A DNA stretch of 55,654 bases from Candidatus Uhrbacteria bacterium (GTDB lineage Bacteria > Patescibacteriota > Patescibacteriia > JACPHY01): positions 1 through 55,654 of the forward strand of contig JACPHY010000009.1 of the NCBI GenBank assembly GCA_016188355.1. The letters run 5' to 3'. Under the pieces are notes generated by a model, which did no database searches, had not been told where the DNA came from, and saw nothing but the letters and a program-made list of their open reading frames with translations. A program made the position numbers and the translations under genes. The stretch's first letter is position 1. Every line of letters begins with the position of its first letter. Below, piece by piece: positions 1 through 9,178 of the stretch.

Positions 1-389
1 ACGGCGTACGACGCAAGGAAGTACGGCCGAATCTCCGCGGGCAGCGGCTCGATCACCTCACGGGTGAAGTGCTCACGTTCCGCCGCCTCGAGGAGCGGCC
101 CCACGAGCGGGTGATTCTTGATGTCCCAACGCACATCCCCCCCAATGCCCTCTCCATCATCGTGCGTACCCGCACAACGATAGAGCGCGACCTCGTCAAG
201 CCCCTCCATGGCGCCGTGCAGGCGTTCGAGATCGCAGAGCACCATCATGAGATGCAGCGCCTGATTTTCGTGCGTACAGACATCCTCATCCTGTACGCGT
301 CGGTCGCCGTAGTGCCCCCACCGCGTCACCCGACGCAATCGATTCGTGGTGGCGTCCAGGTATTGCTGGGGATTCTCGAGCATGTTCAT
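1..389 (-). CDS. HD-domain phosphohydrolase, YfbR-like 5'-deoxynucleotidase (N-terminal part only; gene continues past the left edge)
   Basis: Own translation of the reverse strand from ATG at 387-389: MNMLENPQQYLDATTNRLRRVTRWGHYGDRRVQDEDVCTHENQALHLMMVLCDLERLHGAMEGLDEVALYRCAGTHDDGEGIGGDVRWDIKNHP... It shows the H...HDDGE..GD pattern of HD hydrolases and GC-rich third positions. It is missing from the ORF track only because it runs off the window. Confidence 0.55.
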   Translation of the reverse strand, partial: MNMLENPQQYLDATTNRLRRVTRWGHYGDRRVQDEDVCTHENQALHLMMVLCDLERLHGAMEGLDEVALYRCAGTHDDGEGIGGDVRWDIKNHPLVGPLLEAAEREHFTREVIEPLPAEIRPYFLASYA

Positions 390-520
390 TTCCGACCCCT
401 TTCTGATCTGTGGAAAAGACCTACCCTCCAGCGTACAAACGGCCGCAGCGCTGGCAATGTGTCACGCGTCAATCACCCATGGTACCCTGTGGCCAGCGTG
501 GTTCGCGAAATCCGTTCCCT

Positions 521-1897
521 ATGTCCATCGAATCCCTCTCCCACGTCACCCGGAAACTCCCCAATGGCGGCACCGTACTCGTCCTCAATACGGGCGCCGT
601 CATTACTCCAGAAGCGGAAGCCATGCTCCAGGCGCTCCATTCGCGGTCCGTGGGTGGCGTGACCGAACACCTCAAAAAACTCCAGGAGAAGGGATCCGAC
701 CGATTCATGTCGAGCTTCTACGTCGGGTACGGACATAAGTCCATTGGCGACTGCGGGAGCATCACGGTATTCATTGAGGGCGTTTCCATGCTCGCCGCCA
801 AAGCGATCCAGGACTGGCCGCTCTACAGCGGACAGGAATCCTCCACACGATACATTGATTTTTCGACCCAACCATTCATCGATCCCGTGCGCAGTGTCCG
901 CAGCACCGCAATCCTTGAAGCGTGGCGGCGATTCTATTGCAAAGGACTCCCCCCCACCCGTGCACGGCTGCAGCGGCTCCATCCCCGATCAGCGGACGAG
1001 CAAGAGGCGATGTACGACAAGGCAATCGATGCACGCGCATTCGATATCATGCGCGGCTTTCTCCCGGCTGGCGCCTCAACCAATCTCGCGTGGCATTCGA
1101 ATCTCCGACAGATGGCCGACAAGCTCGCGCTGCTCCGTCATCACCCGCTCGGGGAAATACGTGATATTGCCACTGCACTGGAAAGCGCGCTCCTGGAGGC
1201 GCACCCCAGCTCTTTCGGCCATAAGCGGCACGAGGCAACCGAACAGTACCACGCCACATGGATGACGCAGGAGAATTACTTCTCCCATACGCCATACTCC
1301 AGCGTCGAACTCCTCCGGAATGATGTCGATCGTTTGCAGCTCGCGGCGCACCGCGATCTCCTCGCGCGCCGTCCCCAAAAAACGGAACTCCCAAAATTTC
1401 TTGGCGAGTGTGGCACCCTACAATTCGGATTTCTCCTCGATTTCGGTTCATTCCGCGATCTGCAGCGACATCGCGCCATCCATCAACGCATGCCGCTCGT
1501 CACCACGAAGCACGGATTCCATCCCTGGTATTTCCAGGAGTTACCCGAGGAGCTCCTCCCGGAGGCGCGTACGCTCCTCGCCGATCAGGAGCAGGCGATC
1601 GCCGCACTCGATCTTGCGCCGGAGGTAGCGCAGTACTACACCGCCATGGGATACCGCTTGCCGAATCGCATCACCGGAACCCTGCCCGCTCTCGTCTACC
1701 TCGTCGAACTTCGCGCAACACGATTCGTCCATCCCACGCTCGCGGCAATTGCGGGAGCAATGGCCAATATCCTCGCGAGCACCTTCGCCAACGAGGGACT
1801 CGTCCTGCATCTCGATCAGGAACCCGGACGCTTTGATGTCCGACGAGGAGCGCACGATATCCGGGAAACCGCCGCCAGTGACGCACGCGCGCGGTAA
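521..1897 (+). CDS. thyX: FAD-dependent thymidylate synthase, ThyX family, long two-lobed form
   Basis: Track ORF 410..1897 starts at GTG; the first ATG with a sensible N-terminus is 521 (MSIESLSH...). There are two ThyX-like halves: GHKSIGDCGSITVFIEGVSMLAAKAIQDWPLYSGQESSTRYI, and later FRDLQRHRAIHQRM (RHR motif). Neighbours are tmk and tdk. Confidence 0.6.
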   Translation: MSIESLSHVTRKLPNGGTVLVLNTGAVITPEAEAMLQALHSRSVGGVTEHLKKLQEKGSDRFMSSFYVGYGHKSIGDCGSITVFIEGVSMLAAKAIQDWPLYSGQESSTRYIDFSTQPFIDPVRSVRSTAILEAWRRFYCKGLPPTRARLQRLHPRSADEQEAMYDKAIDARAFDIMRGFLPAGASTNLAWHSNLRQMADKLALLRHHPLGEIRDIATALESALLEAHPSSFGHKRHEATEQYHATWMTQENYFSHTPYSSVELLRNDVDRLQLAAHRDLLARRPQKTELPKFLGECGTLQFGFLLDFGSFRDLQRHRAIHQRMPLVTTKHGFHPWYFQELPEELLPEARTLLADQEQAIAALDLAPEVAQYYTAMGYRLPNRITGTLPALVYLVELRATRFVHPTLAAIAGAMANILASTFANEGLVLHLDQEPGRFDVRRGAHDIRETAASDARAR

Positions 1898-1908
1898 CTG
1901 CACCCCAT

Positions 1909-2658
1909 ATGCCAAATGGCATGTTCGTGATCGTGGATGGAATCGATGGATCGGGGAAGGGCACCATCACCGACGCACTCGCAACACGGGAAGCCGCTCG
2001 CGGAGCACGCATACTCGACCTCCGTACCTTCGCCCAGCAGCAACATCGTCTCCCCGAACCCGAGGAATGCACGAATTACGATGTGCTCCTCTCCGCAGAA
2101 CCTACCCATGCGTGGATTGGCCGCGCGATCCGCGACGAAATCGTTCGCGCCAACGATCGCGCGTACGGTGCACTCCGCACCGCAGAGCTCTTCGCACTCG
2201 ATCGCCTCGTCCTCTACCGCCGCGTCCTGCTTCCCGCCCTTGCGCGCGGCACGCACGTCATCCAGGAGCGCAGCGTCACCTCGTCGCTCGTGTACCAACC
2301 CATCCAAGCGGAGCCGGTGCACATCGACGCACTCACCGCGCTCGAAGGAAATGCGTTTGCGCTCGCCCATCCCCCAACGCTCTGCATGATCGTCTCCACC
2401 GAACCCCCACGCGCACTCCAGCGCCTGCAGCTCCGCTCGGGAAAACAGGACAACGCCATTTTTGAGCGCCTCCCCATACTCCAGAATCTCCATGCACGCT
2501 ATCACAGTTCCTGGTTCCAGGAGCTCCTGACGTCACATGGTTGGCGGGTGGCCCATCTCGATGCAAACGGCGCCGTGGAAGATGCGGTTGCCCATGCATG
2601 CGCCGCATGGGATGCTGCAACACAGAAAACACCAGCGCAGGCGCACGCTTCGGCCTAA
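1909..2658 (+). CDS. tmk: thymidylate kinase
   Basis: MPNGMFVIVDGIDGSGKGT P-loop typical of Tmk; about 250 aa; follows thyX after 11 nt. Confidence 0.85.
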   Translation: MPNGMFVIVDGIDGSGKGTITDALATREAARGARILDLRTFAQQQHRLPEPEECTNYDVLLSAEPTHAWIGRAIRDEIVRANDRAYGALRTAELFALDRLVLYRRVLLPALARGTHVIQERSVTSSLVYQPIQAEPVHIDALTALEGNAFALAHPPTLCMIVSTEPPRALQRLQLRSGKQDNAIFERLPILQNLHARYHSSWFQELLTSHGWRVAHLDANGAVEDAVAHACAAWDAATQKTPAQAHASA

Positions 2659-2686
2659 CGCCCTAAATGCCTCCCACTGCTCCGTT

Positions 2687-3277
2687 ATGGCCGAACTCAC
2701 CGTCATTGTGGGCTGCATGTTCTCCGGAAAAAGCGAGGAGCTCCTCCGCCTCCTCAAACGCGCAGCGATTGCGCGATTATCTACGGTCGTCATCCAGCCC
2801 ACCACGGACACCCGAACCGTTGGTCGCGTCTGCTCGCGGGATGGCCGATGCGTGGACGCGGTCGTCGTGCGGGATGCACGCGCCATTCCCAGCACGGCCG
2901 GACTCTACGACGTGGTCGGCATTGATGAGGCGCAATTTTTCGACGAGCACCTCCTGAGCGCGATCCACGAACTCTACGCTGCCGGTAAGCGCCTCATCAT
3001 CGCGGGACTCGACACCGACTATCGCGGCGAACGATTCGGCTACATGGATCAAATCATGGCCATTCCCGAGGCACGGATCGTGAAGCTCCGCGCCGTCTGC
3101 ATGCGCTGTGGCGAGGAAGCAACGCGAACGTTCCGCAAGAGCGGCGCGGGTGCTCAGGTAGAAATAGGCGATGGCGACAAATACGAGGCGCTCTGCTACA
3201 GTTGCTATCGTCTCGCCTCAGAACGGGTAACCGCACCCAATCCCACAGCAGCCGCTGCGCAACGGGTACTCGCCTGA
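2687..3277 (+). CDS. tdk: thymidine kinase (type II, Zn-ribbon C-terminus)
   Basis: Internal ATG at 2687 gives MAELTVIVGCMFSGKSEELL (P-loop), DEAQFF, and C-terminal CMRCGEE...CYSCY. The track start at 2537 would overlap tmk by 120 nt. Confidence 0.85.
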   Translation: MAELTVIVGCMFSGKSEELLRLLKRAAIARLSTVVIQPTTDTRTVGRVCSRDGRCVDAVVVRDARAIPSTAGLYDVVGIDEAQFFDEHLLSAIHELYAAGKRLIIAGLDTDYRGERFGYMDQIMAIPEARIVKLRAVCMRCGEEATRTFRKSGAGAQVEIGDGDKYEALCYSCYRLASERVTAPNPTAAAAQRVLA

Positions 3278-3303
3278 GCCCGTGGTAATTCGTTTTTTGT
3301 TGT

Positions 3304-4818
3304 ATGGAGTTGGAGCCAATCATTGGCCTGGAGATTCATGTCCAGATGAAAACCCGCACAAAAATGTTCTGCGGGTGTATCAATCATGGCGAGCACGAGA
3401 ATCCCAATACCGCCATCTGCCCCATTTGTACCGGACACCCCGGCACGCTTCCGGTCCTCAATATGGTTGCGGTGACCTACGGGGTCCGCACGGCACTCGC
3501 CCTCAACTGCCGCATCCTCGAGCACGTGAAGTTCGACCGGAAGAACTATTTCTACCCCGACCTCCCCAAGGGATACCAGATCTCCATGTACGATCTCCCC
3601 GTTGGCGTGGAGGGATACCTCGACATTCCTGCGACTTCCGGAGCCAAGGAATCTGATCATCGAACGCGCATCGGAATTACGCGACTCCACCTGGAAGAGG
3701 ATGCCGCAAAACTCCTCCATTCCCCGGACGAGCAATGGAGTTTCGTGGACTACAATCGCGCAGGAACGCCGCTCATGGAAATCGTGACGCAGCCGGATTT
3801 TCGTGCCCCTACGGATGCGCGACGCTTTCTCCAGGAACTCCAGACGATCTGCCGATATCTCGGGGTTTCCGACGCCGACATGGAGAAGGGCCACATGCGC
3901 TGCGACGCGAACATCTCCCTCCGTCCTGCCGGCAGCACCGCGTTCTGGCCAAAAACAGAAATCAAAAACGTGAACTCCACCAAGGCGGTGGAACGGGCGC
4001 TCGAATTCGAAATTCGCCGGCAAACCAAGCTCTGGCAAACCAACACTCCGCCCAGTACGTCCACCACGCGCGGATGGGATGACGGCAAGCAGGCGACGGT
4101 AGATCAACGGGAGAAGGAAGGAGAGGGCGACTACCGGTATTTTCCCGAACCCGATCTTCCCCCGCTCCACTTCGGTCCGCTCCAACCCATTGACCCCGAA
4201 GTCGTTCGACGTACGCTCCCCGAACTTCCCGCAGCGAAGCGGCATCGCTTTGTGGAGGAGCTGGGCGTGAGCGCCACGGATGTCGGGACCATCACGAACG
4301 ATCCCGCGCTCGCCGATTTCACCGAACAGGTCATCTCCGAGCTCCATGCATGGATACGGTCCACGCCAGATGCGTCCGATGATCTCCTCGCGAAAGCAGG
4401 ACGCACCGCTGGAGGTTGGATTGCCTCCAAGCTGCTTGGCATCGGTAACGATCGCGGAACCTCCTTTGGAGAGTCCAAAGCAACTGCCGAAAATGTTGCG
4501 GAACTCCTGACGCTCTTCCTCACGCATCGCATTAACTCCACCATCGCACAACAACTCCTCGAGCAAATGGTGGTCACCGGAGCGGATCCGAGCCAACTCC
4601 TGGAAGAAATGCACGTGGAGCAGGTATCGGATACCGACACACTCACCACCGCAGTCGAGGCAGCCATCACCGCACACCCCGGACCCGTTGCCGATTACCG
4701 ATCCGGAAAAAGCAACGCGGTCCAGTTCTTAGTCGGACAGGTGATGAAGGCAACGAAGGGAACAGCGAACCCCGGCGTGGTACGCACACTCCTCGAAGAG
4801 CGCCTCCGGTCCATCTGA
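3304..4818 (+). CDS. gatB: Asp/Glu-tRNA(Asn/Gln) amidotransferase subunit B
   Basis: MELEPIIGLEIHVQMKTRTKMFCGC... is a canonical GatB N-terminus; 504 aa; GatB/YqeY-like tail. Confidence 0.9.
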   Translation: MELEPIIGLEIHVQMKTRTKMFCGCINHGEHENPNTAICPICTGHPGTLPVLNMVAVTYGVRTALALNCRILEHVKFDRKNYFYPDLPKGYQISMYDLPVGVEGYLDIPATSGAKESDHRTRIGITRLHLEEDAAKLLHSPDEQWSFVDYNRAGTPLMEIVTQPDFRAPTDARRFLQELQTICRYLGVSDADMEKGHMRCDANISLRPAGSTAFWPKTEIKNVNSTKAVERALEFEIRRQTKLWQTNTPPSTSTTRGWDDGKQATVDQREKEGEGDYRYFPEPDLPPLHFGPLQPIDPEVVRRTLPELPAAKRHRFVEELGVSATDVGTITNDPALADFTEQVISELHAWIRSTPDASDDLLAKAGRTAGGWIASKLLGIGNDRGTSFGESKATAENVAELLTLFLTHRINSTIAQQLLEQMVVTGADPSQLLEEMHVEQVSDTDTLTTAVEAAITAHPGPVADYRSGKSNAVQFLVGQVMKATKGTANPGVVRTLLEERLRSI

Positions 4819-4833
4819 CGTCCAATCCACACC

Positions 4834-4865
4834 ACAACACCCGCGAAGCACTACGCGGGTGTTGT
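4834..4865 (+). terminator. hairpin terminator after gatB
   Basis: acaacacccgcg / cgcgggtgttgt, 12-bp stem with 8-nt loop, followed about 25 nt later by a T-rich tract (ttttatttttctcttt). Confidence 0.5.
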
Positions 4866-4945
4866 ATATCGTCGGCATCGTAGGATTTTATTTTTCTCTT
4901 TGTGTATTGAAAAAAATCACACAACATCCGGCGTGACACCTCGAA

Positions 4946-4974
4946 TTGACATATTTCTGCTCAATTGCTATAGT
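4946..4974 (+). promoter_or_regulatory. sigma70-type promoter TTGACA-N17-TATAGT
   Basis: TTGACA at 4946-4951, exact 17-nt spacer, TATAGT at 4969-4974, inside a locally AT-rich spacer. A GAGGAGGGG Shine-Dalgarno and the ATG at 5020 lie downstream. Confidence 0.6.
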
Positions 4975-5019
4975 GCATACTTCCCGTAGGAAAGTACTCC
5001 CGCGGGTTGAGGAGGGGAA

Positions 5020-5355
5020 ATGCAGCACGCACGACCGAATGGACCGTGCCCTCAGTGCACCGGGACGCTGCACGTGCATGACGAAACCTGCTTTGTGCGG
5101 GAGCAGCAACGCCGGGCATCGAAGTTCTCGGCGGCGATCGACCGATTGGAAAATCCCGTGATCGGCGTGTGGGTCGCGGATGAGATCGAGCGACAATTCC
5201 GGGCAAGCGGCGGCACGATTCATTGTCCATCACGCGCCATGCCATCAATCGATGGATTCACGGCGACCATCCTGCCCGTTCGACCGCCATCCCGAGCAGG
5301 AACGCCCCGGGAGCGGAATCCGGACCAGCGGGCTCCGGACCAGATGACCCTCTAA
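5020..5355 (+). CDS. small hypothetical protein with N-terminal Cys/His knuckle (CPQC..H.H...C)
   Basis: Strong SD (gaggagggg), consensus promoter upstream, hairpin downstream, GC-rich third positions. No family recognised. Confidence 0.55.
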   Translation: MQHARPNGPCPQCTGTLHVHDETCFVREQQRRASKFSAAIDRLENPVIGVWVADEIERQFRASGGTIHCPSRAMPSIDGFTATILPVRPPSRAGTPRERNPDQRAPDQMTL

Positions 5356-5376
5356 CGCGGCATCCCCCGCGTCACG

Positions 5377-5405
5377 CCCCGTCCCGACACACCGTCGGGA
5401 CGGGG
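5377..5405. terminator. bidirectional hairpin between the 5020 ORF and miaA
   Basis: ccccgtcccgac / gtcgggacgggg, 12-bp stem with 5-nt loop, sitting between two convergent stop codons (5355 and 5413). Confidence 0.55.
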
Positions 5406-5412
5406 ATCTTCG

Positions 5413-6519
5413 TCAACCCCGATCCGCAAGAAACAGCCGAACCATCCGAACCGCTTGTGGAGACGAATGCACCCAACGCACGGTTGGGTCTCGTCGAAAC
5501 CACGCGAGCTGCTTCCGCGCGTATCGATAGGTCGCGCGCGCAATGCACTGCCCAAGCTCCCGACGCGGAGCTCGGAGTGCCGCATCCTGCTGCAGCCAGG
5601 CAATCACCTCACGATACCCCATTCCCCGTAATGGCTCGATCATGCCGTACTGATGCGCCAATGCCTCCGTTTCCGCAATGAGACCCTGCCGGAGCATCGC
5701 ATGTGCGCGGGATACAATGCGGCGCTGGAGTACAGGCAATGAACGATCCACTCCAATCTGCAGAAAGGAGAACGGCATCGACCGCCGCTTCCGCAGCTCC
5801 GCATACGGACGACCCGTTGCTCGGGAAACTTCGATTGCCCGAATGAGGCGCCGCGGGTTCGCCTGATCAATGTGCGACCATCCGACGGGATCGAGGGCTG
5901 CGTATTGGGCGCTCAACGCTTCCACCGATTGTGCCGCGAGTGCAGCACGCAGCGCCGCATTCGGAGGCACGTCTGGAAGATCCAGTCCTCCGACCAACGC
6001 CTCCACGTACAGGCCAGTACCACCCACCACAATCGGCAATCGTCCCTGCCGTGCAATCCGACGAATGCAGCGCGCTGCATCGTGCACAAATGCTGCCGCC
6101 GAGTACGGTTGATCAGGATTCCGAATATCGATGCAATAATGCGGAATGCCGCGCACGAGGATGGGAGTATCTGTGGTGGAGCGTTTCGACGAACGCACCG
6201 CGGTGGGGGGTCTCTCGTCGCTGGCCGCTCCTCGGGACGATCGCGCATGCGCGGTGGGACATTGTGGCGATTGCACGTCCGTAGGGGGTCCCTCGTCGCT
6301 GGCCGCTCCTCGGGACGATCGCGCATGCAAGGAAGCATTTTTTTCTTCATGCGCGATCGCTTTTGCCGTTCCGATATCCATGCCCCGATAGACGGTGCGG
6401 CTATCCGCGGCAATCACGGCGCCGTGGAACCGCTGCGCGAGTAATATCCCGAGATCCGTTTTTCCGGATCCGGTTGGCCCGACGACTACCACCACGCTGG
6501 TCTTGCGATCATGGCGCAT
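5413..6519 (-). CDS. miaA: tRNA dimethylallyltransferase with about 70-aa internal insert
   Basis: ATG at 6519 gives MRHDRKTSVVVVVGPTGSGKTDLG (P-loop). Also ADSRTVYRGMDIGTAKA, IPHYCIDI and IVVGGTGLYV. Track start 6579 is a TTG 20 codons upstream (alternative). Confidence 0.85.
   Translation of the reverse strand: MRHDRKTSVVVVVGPTGSGKTDLGILLAQRFHGAVIAADSRTVYRGMDIGTAKAIAHEEKNASLHARSSRGAASDEGPPTDVQSPQCPTAHARSSRGAASDERPPTAVRSSKRSTTDTPILVRGIPHYCIDIRNPDQPYSAAAFVHDAARCIRRIARQGRLPIVVGGTGLYVEALVGGLDLPDVPPNAALRAALAAQSVEALSAQYAALDPVGWSHIDQANPRRLIRAIEVSRATGRPYAELRKRRSMPFSFLQIGVDRSLPVLQRRIVSRAHAMLRQGLIAETEALAHQYGMIEPLRGMGYREVIAWLQQDAALRAPRRELGQCIARATYRYARKQLAWFRRDPTVRWVHSSPQAVRMVRLFLADRG
6207..6328. repeat. 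in-frame direct repeat (2 x about 44 nt, 78-nt period) inside miaA
   Basis: ggggtctctcgtcgctggccgctcctcgggacgatcgcgcatgc at 6207-6250 and gggggtccctcgtcgctggccgctcctcgggacgatcgcgcatgc at 6284-6328. It encodes HARSSRGAASDE(G/R)PPT twice. Confidence 0.9.
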
Positions 6520-6602
6520 GTGTTTTACGGTAACAACGAGACACGGCAGCCCCGTGCTCAACACTCGTTCATTCTCCAACCGGGCACAGGAGGATTACGC
6601 TG

Positions 6603-7010
6603 ATGCAGGAGATGTCCGCCGAAGATTGGGTCGAACTCGCGCGAGGCGTTGCGCAGATGTCCGTCGAGGTGTTCTCGCCCCCCTATCGACCGACCGCAGC
6701 TGCTCAACACATGTTCGCAAACGACCTACGCGCCGGCAAGGCGATCGCTGCGCTCCTCTTCCGCAACGAGCATGGTACCGGCATTGCGCTCAATGCGCAT
6801 CGGGGAGCACCGCAACCCACATTCACGCTGGTTGCGCCGCCGGAACGACGCTGCATTGGTGCGGTATGGGAGCGCGTGCTGACCGCACGATTCCCGCAAG
6901 CAACATTCGAGTACATCCGCTCCGACCACCCCATCAGCCTCGGAAGCGCGCTCCGGGATACCGGAACGTACGCCAACGGCTCCGAGCACTCGCGCGCATC
7001 CTGTGGATGA
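6603..7010 (+). CDS. hypothetical protein
   Basis: ATG preceded by AGGAGG at 9-nt spacing; GC-rich third positions; divergent from miaA; GC hairpin downstream. No family recognised. Confidence 0.5.
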   Translation: MQEMSAEDWVELARGVAQMSVEVFSPPYRPTAAAQHMFANDLRAGKAIAALLFRNEHGTGIALNAHRGAPQPTFTLVAPPERRCIGAVWERVLTARFPQATFEYIRSDHPISLGSALRDTGTYANGSEHSRASCG

Positions 7011-7016
7011 CCGCAT

Positions 7017-7045
7017 GCACCCCCCGACAAGATGTCGGGGGGTGC
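7017..7045 (+). terminator. GC-rich hairpin after the 6603 ORF
   Basis: gcaccccccgac / gtcggggggtgc, 12-bp stem with 5-nt loop. No clear T-tract. Confidence 0.4.
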
Positions 7046-7229
7046 CATTCGTCACCCGATCCTCATGACGGACGGCCTCGCCGCGCTATCCGACGCGCGG
7101 TCCCCGCATACCCGCGCTGTGCACGCATGCGCTGCTGCTGACCCGCCGCCGTGCCGCCCCGGGGCGCAAAGCGGGATTTTCGCGATTGTACCGCTCGCCG
7201 CGTCCCTCGCGTGCTCCGCATACATGCGG

Positions 7230-9047
7230 TCAGATTGATCGATCTCGAATTTCCTTCTGGATCCGTTCCACGAACGCCGCGCGAGCCATCGTGAGCAACT
7301 CCTCCTGGCCGCGCAGACGAATCGGCAACTCCGCACTCGCCATCTCTCGATCACCCCACACGATCGTATACGGCACTTTCATGTGCTGTTGCTGTCGAAT
7401 GCGCTTCCCCACCGTTTCTGTCGCGTCGACGAATTCCACGCGAAGACCCGCATCGCTCAGCTCCTGAACGAGCGCACGCGCAGATTCGACGTGTCGCTCC
7501 CCCACCGGAAGCACCGCGACCTGTACGGGCGACAACCACACCGGAAACGCACCCGCATAATGCTCAATGAGCACCGAGAGGAACCGCTCGATAGATCCCA
7601 TGATCGCCGCATGGATCATGACGATGCGCTCACGCTCACCCGATTCGTTCACGCACGTGAGATCAAACCGCTCCGGCATGTTCATGTCGATCTGGATGGT
7701 CGCCACCTGCCACTCCCGACCAATGGAATCCTTTGCAATGAAATCGAGCTTCGGCGCGTAAAATGCGGCCTCTCCCAAACCCTCCACATAGACAGCGGCG
7801 TTTTCATTCGCCACCTCCCGCAGCATGGTTTCCGCTTGATCCCAGTACCCCTGGTTTCCAAGGTACTTCTCCGGATGCTGGGGGTCGCGTAGGGAGAGCC
7901 GAAGACGCAGCGGCATGCCGAATGCACCGTAGAATGTGTGCACGATTTCCCAAATTTTCTGAATTTCTTCCTTCACCTGCGCAATGCGACAAAAAATGTG
8001 CGCGTCATCCTGCGTGATACTGAGTACGCGAGAGAGTCCCGCAAGTTCGCCGGATTGCTCGTCGCGATACACCATGGTCGTGTTCTCGTACCGCTGCGGG
8101 AGCTCCCGGTAGCTCCAGAGTTTCCGTGCGTATATTTGCGTATGATGCGGACAATTCATCGGCTTCATCGCGAACTCGTGCTGCTCACGCGTCGTAATCT
8201 TGAACAGATCATCCTTGTACTTCGCCCAGTGACCGGAGCGCTCATAGAGATCCTTCTTCGTGATGTGGGGAATTTCAACCCGCTGATACCCACGCGCCTT
8301 CCGAAGCTCCCACACGAACGATTCGAGCAGCGTACGGATCATTGCCCCCTTCGGCGTCCAGAGCGGCAGACCACTACCCACGAGTTCGGAAAACACGAAC
8401 AAATCGAGCTGCGGGCCGAGTTTCTTGTGATCGCGCTTCTCCGCCTCCGCGAGCATCTGCTGGTGCGCGGCGAGTTCCTCTGGAGTCGCAAACGCGAGCC
8501 CGTAGATCCGCTGGAGCTGCGGATTCGTATCCTTCCCACGCCAGTACGCTCCCGCGATGGATGTCAACGCAAATGCACCGAGATCGCGCACCGTATCCAC
8601 GTGCGGACCGCGACAGAGGTCCACGAACTGATCCCCCGTCCAATAGACGGAGACCACATCGGGTACCTCACTCAGTTCGCGCTGCTCCTCGGGACGCACG
8701 GCCGTCGTTCCCTTGGTGCGGAGATCGGTGAGCAGCTCCACCTTGAAATCTTGCCCTCGTTCTTGAAAAAAAGTAATCGCTTCCTCCATTGACATCTCCA
8801 CCCGACGAAATGCGTCGCCACGTGCGATGAGGGATCGCATCGTCCCCTCGAGCTGCGCGAGATCCTCCGGAGCGAGTCGCACCGGTTGCCCCTCCGCGTC
8901 ACGCACATCCATGTCGTAGTAAAATCCGTGCTCTACCACCGGTCCCACCCCCAGTCGCGTTTTTGGCCAAAGCTGTATCGCCGCGGCGGCGAGGAGATGG
9001 GCGGTCGAGTGGCGGATCGTCTCTACGGAGGCATTCGGCATAGACAT
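7230..9047 (-). CDS. thrS: threonine--tRNA ligase (no N-terminal TGS domain)
   Basis: 605 aa. It starts directly in the editing domain (IRHSTAHLLAAAAIQLWP). Class II core (FAMKPMNCPHH, ITQDDAHIF) and an anticodon-binding C-terminus are present. Confidence 0.9.
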   Translation of the reverse strand: MSMPNASVETIRHSTAHLLAAAAIQLWPKTRLGVGPVVEHGFYYDMDVRDAEGQPVRLAPEDLAQLEGTMRSLIARGDAFRRVEMSMEEAITFFQERGQDFKVELLTDLRTKGTTAVRPEEQRELSEVPDVVSVYWTGDQFVDLCRGPHVDTVRDLGAFALTSIAGAYWRGKDTNPQLQRIYGLAFATPEELAAHQQMLAEAEKRDHKKLGPQLDLFVFSELVGSGLPLWTPKGAMIRTLLESFVWELRKARGYQRVEIPHITKKDLYERSGHWAKYKDDLFKITTREQHEFAMKPMNCPHHTQIYARKLWSYRELPQRYENTTMVYRDEQSGELAGLSRVLSITQDDAHIFCRIAQVKEEIQKIWEIVHTFYGAFGMPLRLRLSLRDPQHPEKYLGNQGYWDQAETMLREVANENAAVYVEGLGEAAFYAPKLDFIAKDSIGREWQVATIQIDMNMPERFDLTCVNESGERERIVMIHAAIMGSIERFLSVLIEHYAGAFPVWLSPVQVAVLPVGERHVESARALVQELSDAGLRVEFVDATETVGKRIRQQQHMKVPYTIVWGDREMASAELPIRLRGQEELLTMARAAFVERIQKEIRDRSI

Positions 9048-9178
9048 TCAGCGTACCCATTGCTCCATTGACACGCAACTAGGTCTACCTGCACACCGCC
9101 AACCCATTGCGCACCTTGCATCCATGCCCTACCATGTGACCACGCTCATTCCACACTCCACCCTCCAGGAGCCGACCC

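Noticed and set aside
69-662. Plus-strand track ORFs at the left edge (69..662, 346..738).
   Set aside because: The reverse strand of 1..389 gives a clean HD-domain protein with an ATG and GC-rich third positions. The plus-strand translations have no recognisable features and would overlap thyX.
3205-4677. Very long antisense ORFs opposite confirmed genes. Examples: 3205..4677 vs gatB, 7938..8792 vs thrS, 13949..14849 vs dnaE, 16891..17727 vs pheT, 18794..19783 vs pheS, 19906..21117, 23112..24056 vs pmm, 25312..26328 vs clpC, 42235..43233 and 43243..44025 vs virB4, and 50145..51008.
   Set aside because: They are typical stop-codon-poor shadow frames of a GC-rich genome. Their translations are Arg/Pro/Gly/His-rich low-complexity strings with no motifs, and the opposite strand carries unambiguous conserved proteins.
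9068-9096. TTGACA at 9068-9073 as the promoter for the Cys-rich secreted pair.
   Set aside because: No acceptable -10 hexamer lies at 16-18 nt (gcacac/tgcaca). Only the -35-like 13-mer is shared with the 51036 promoter.
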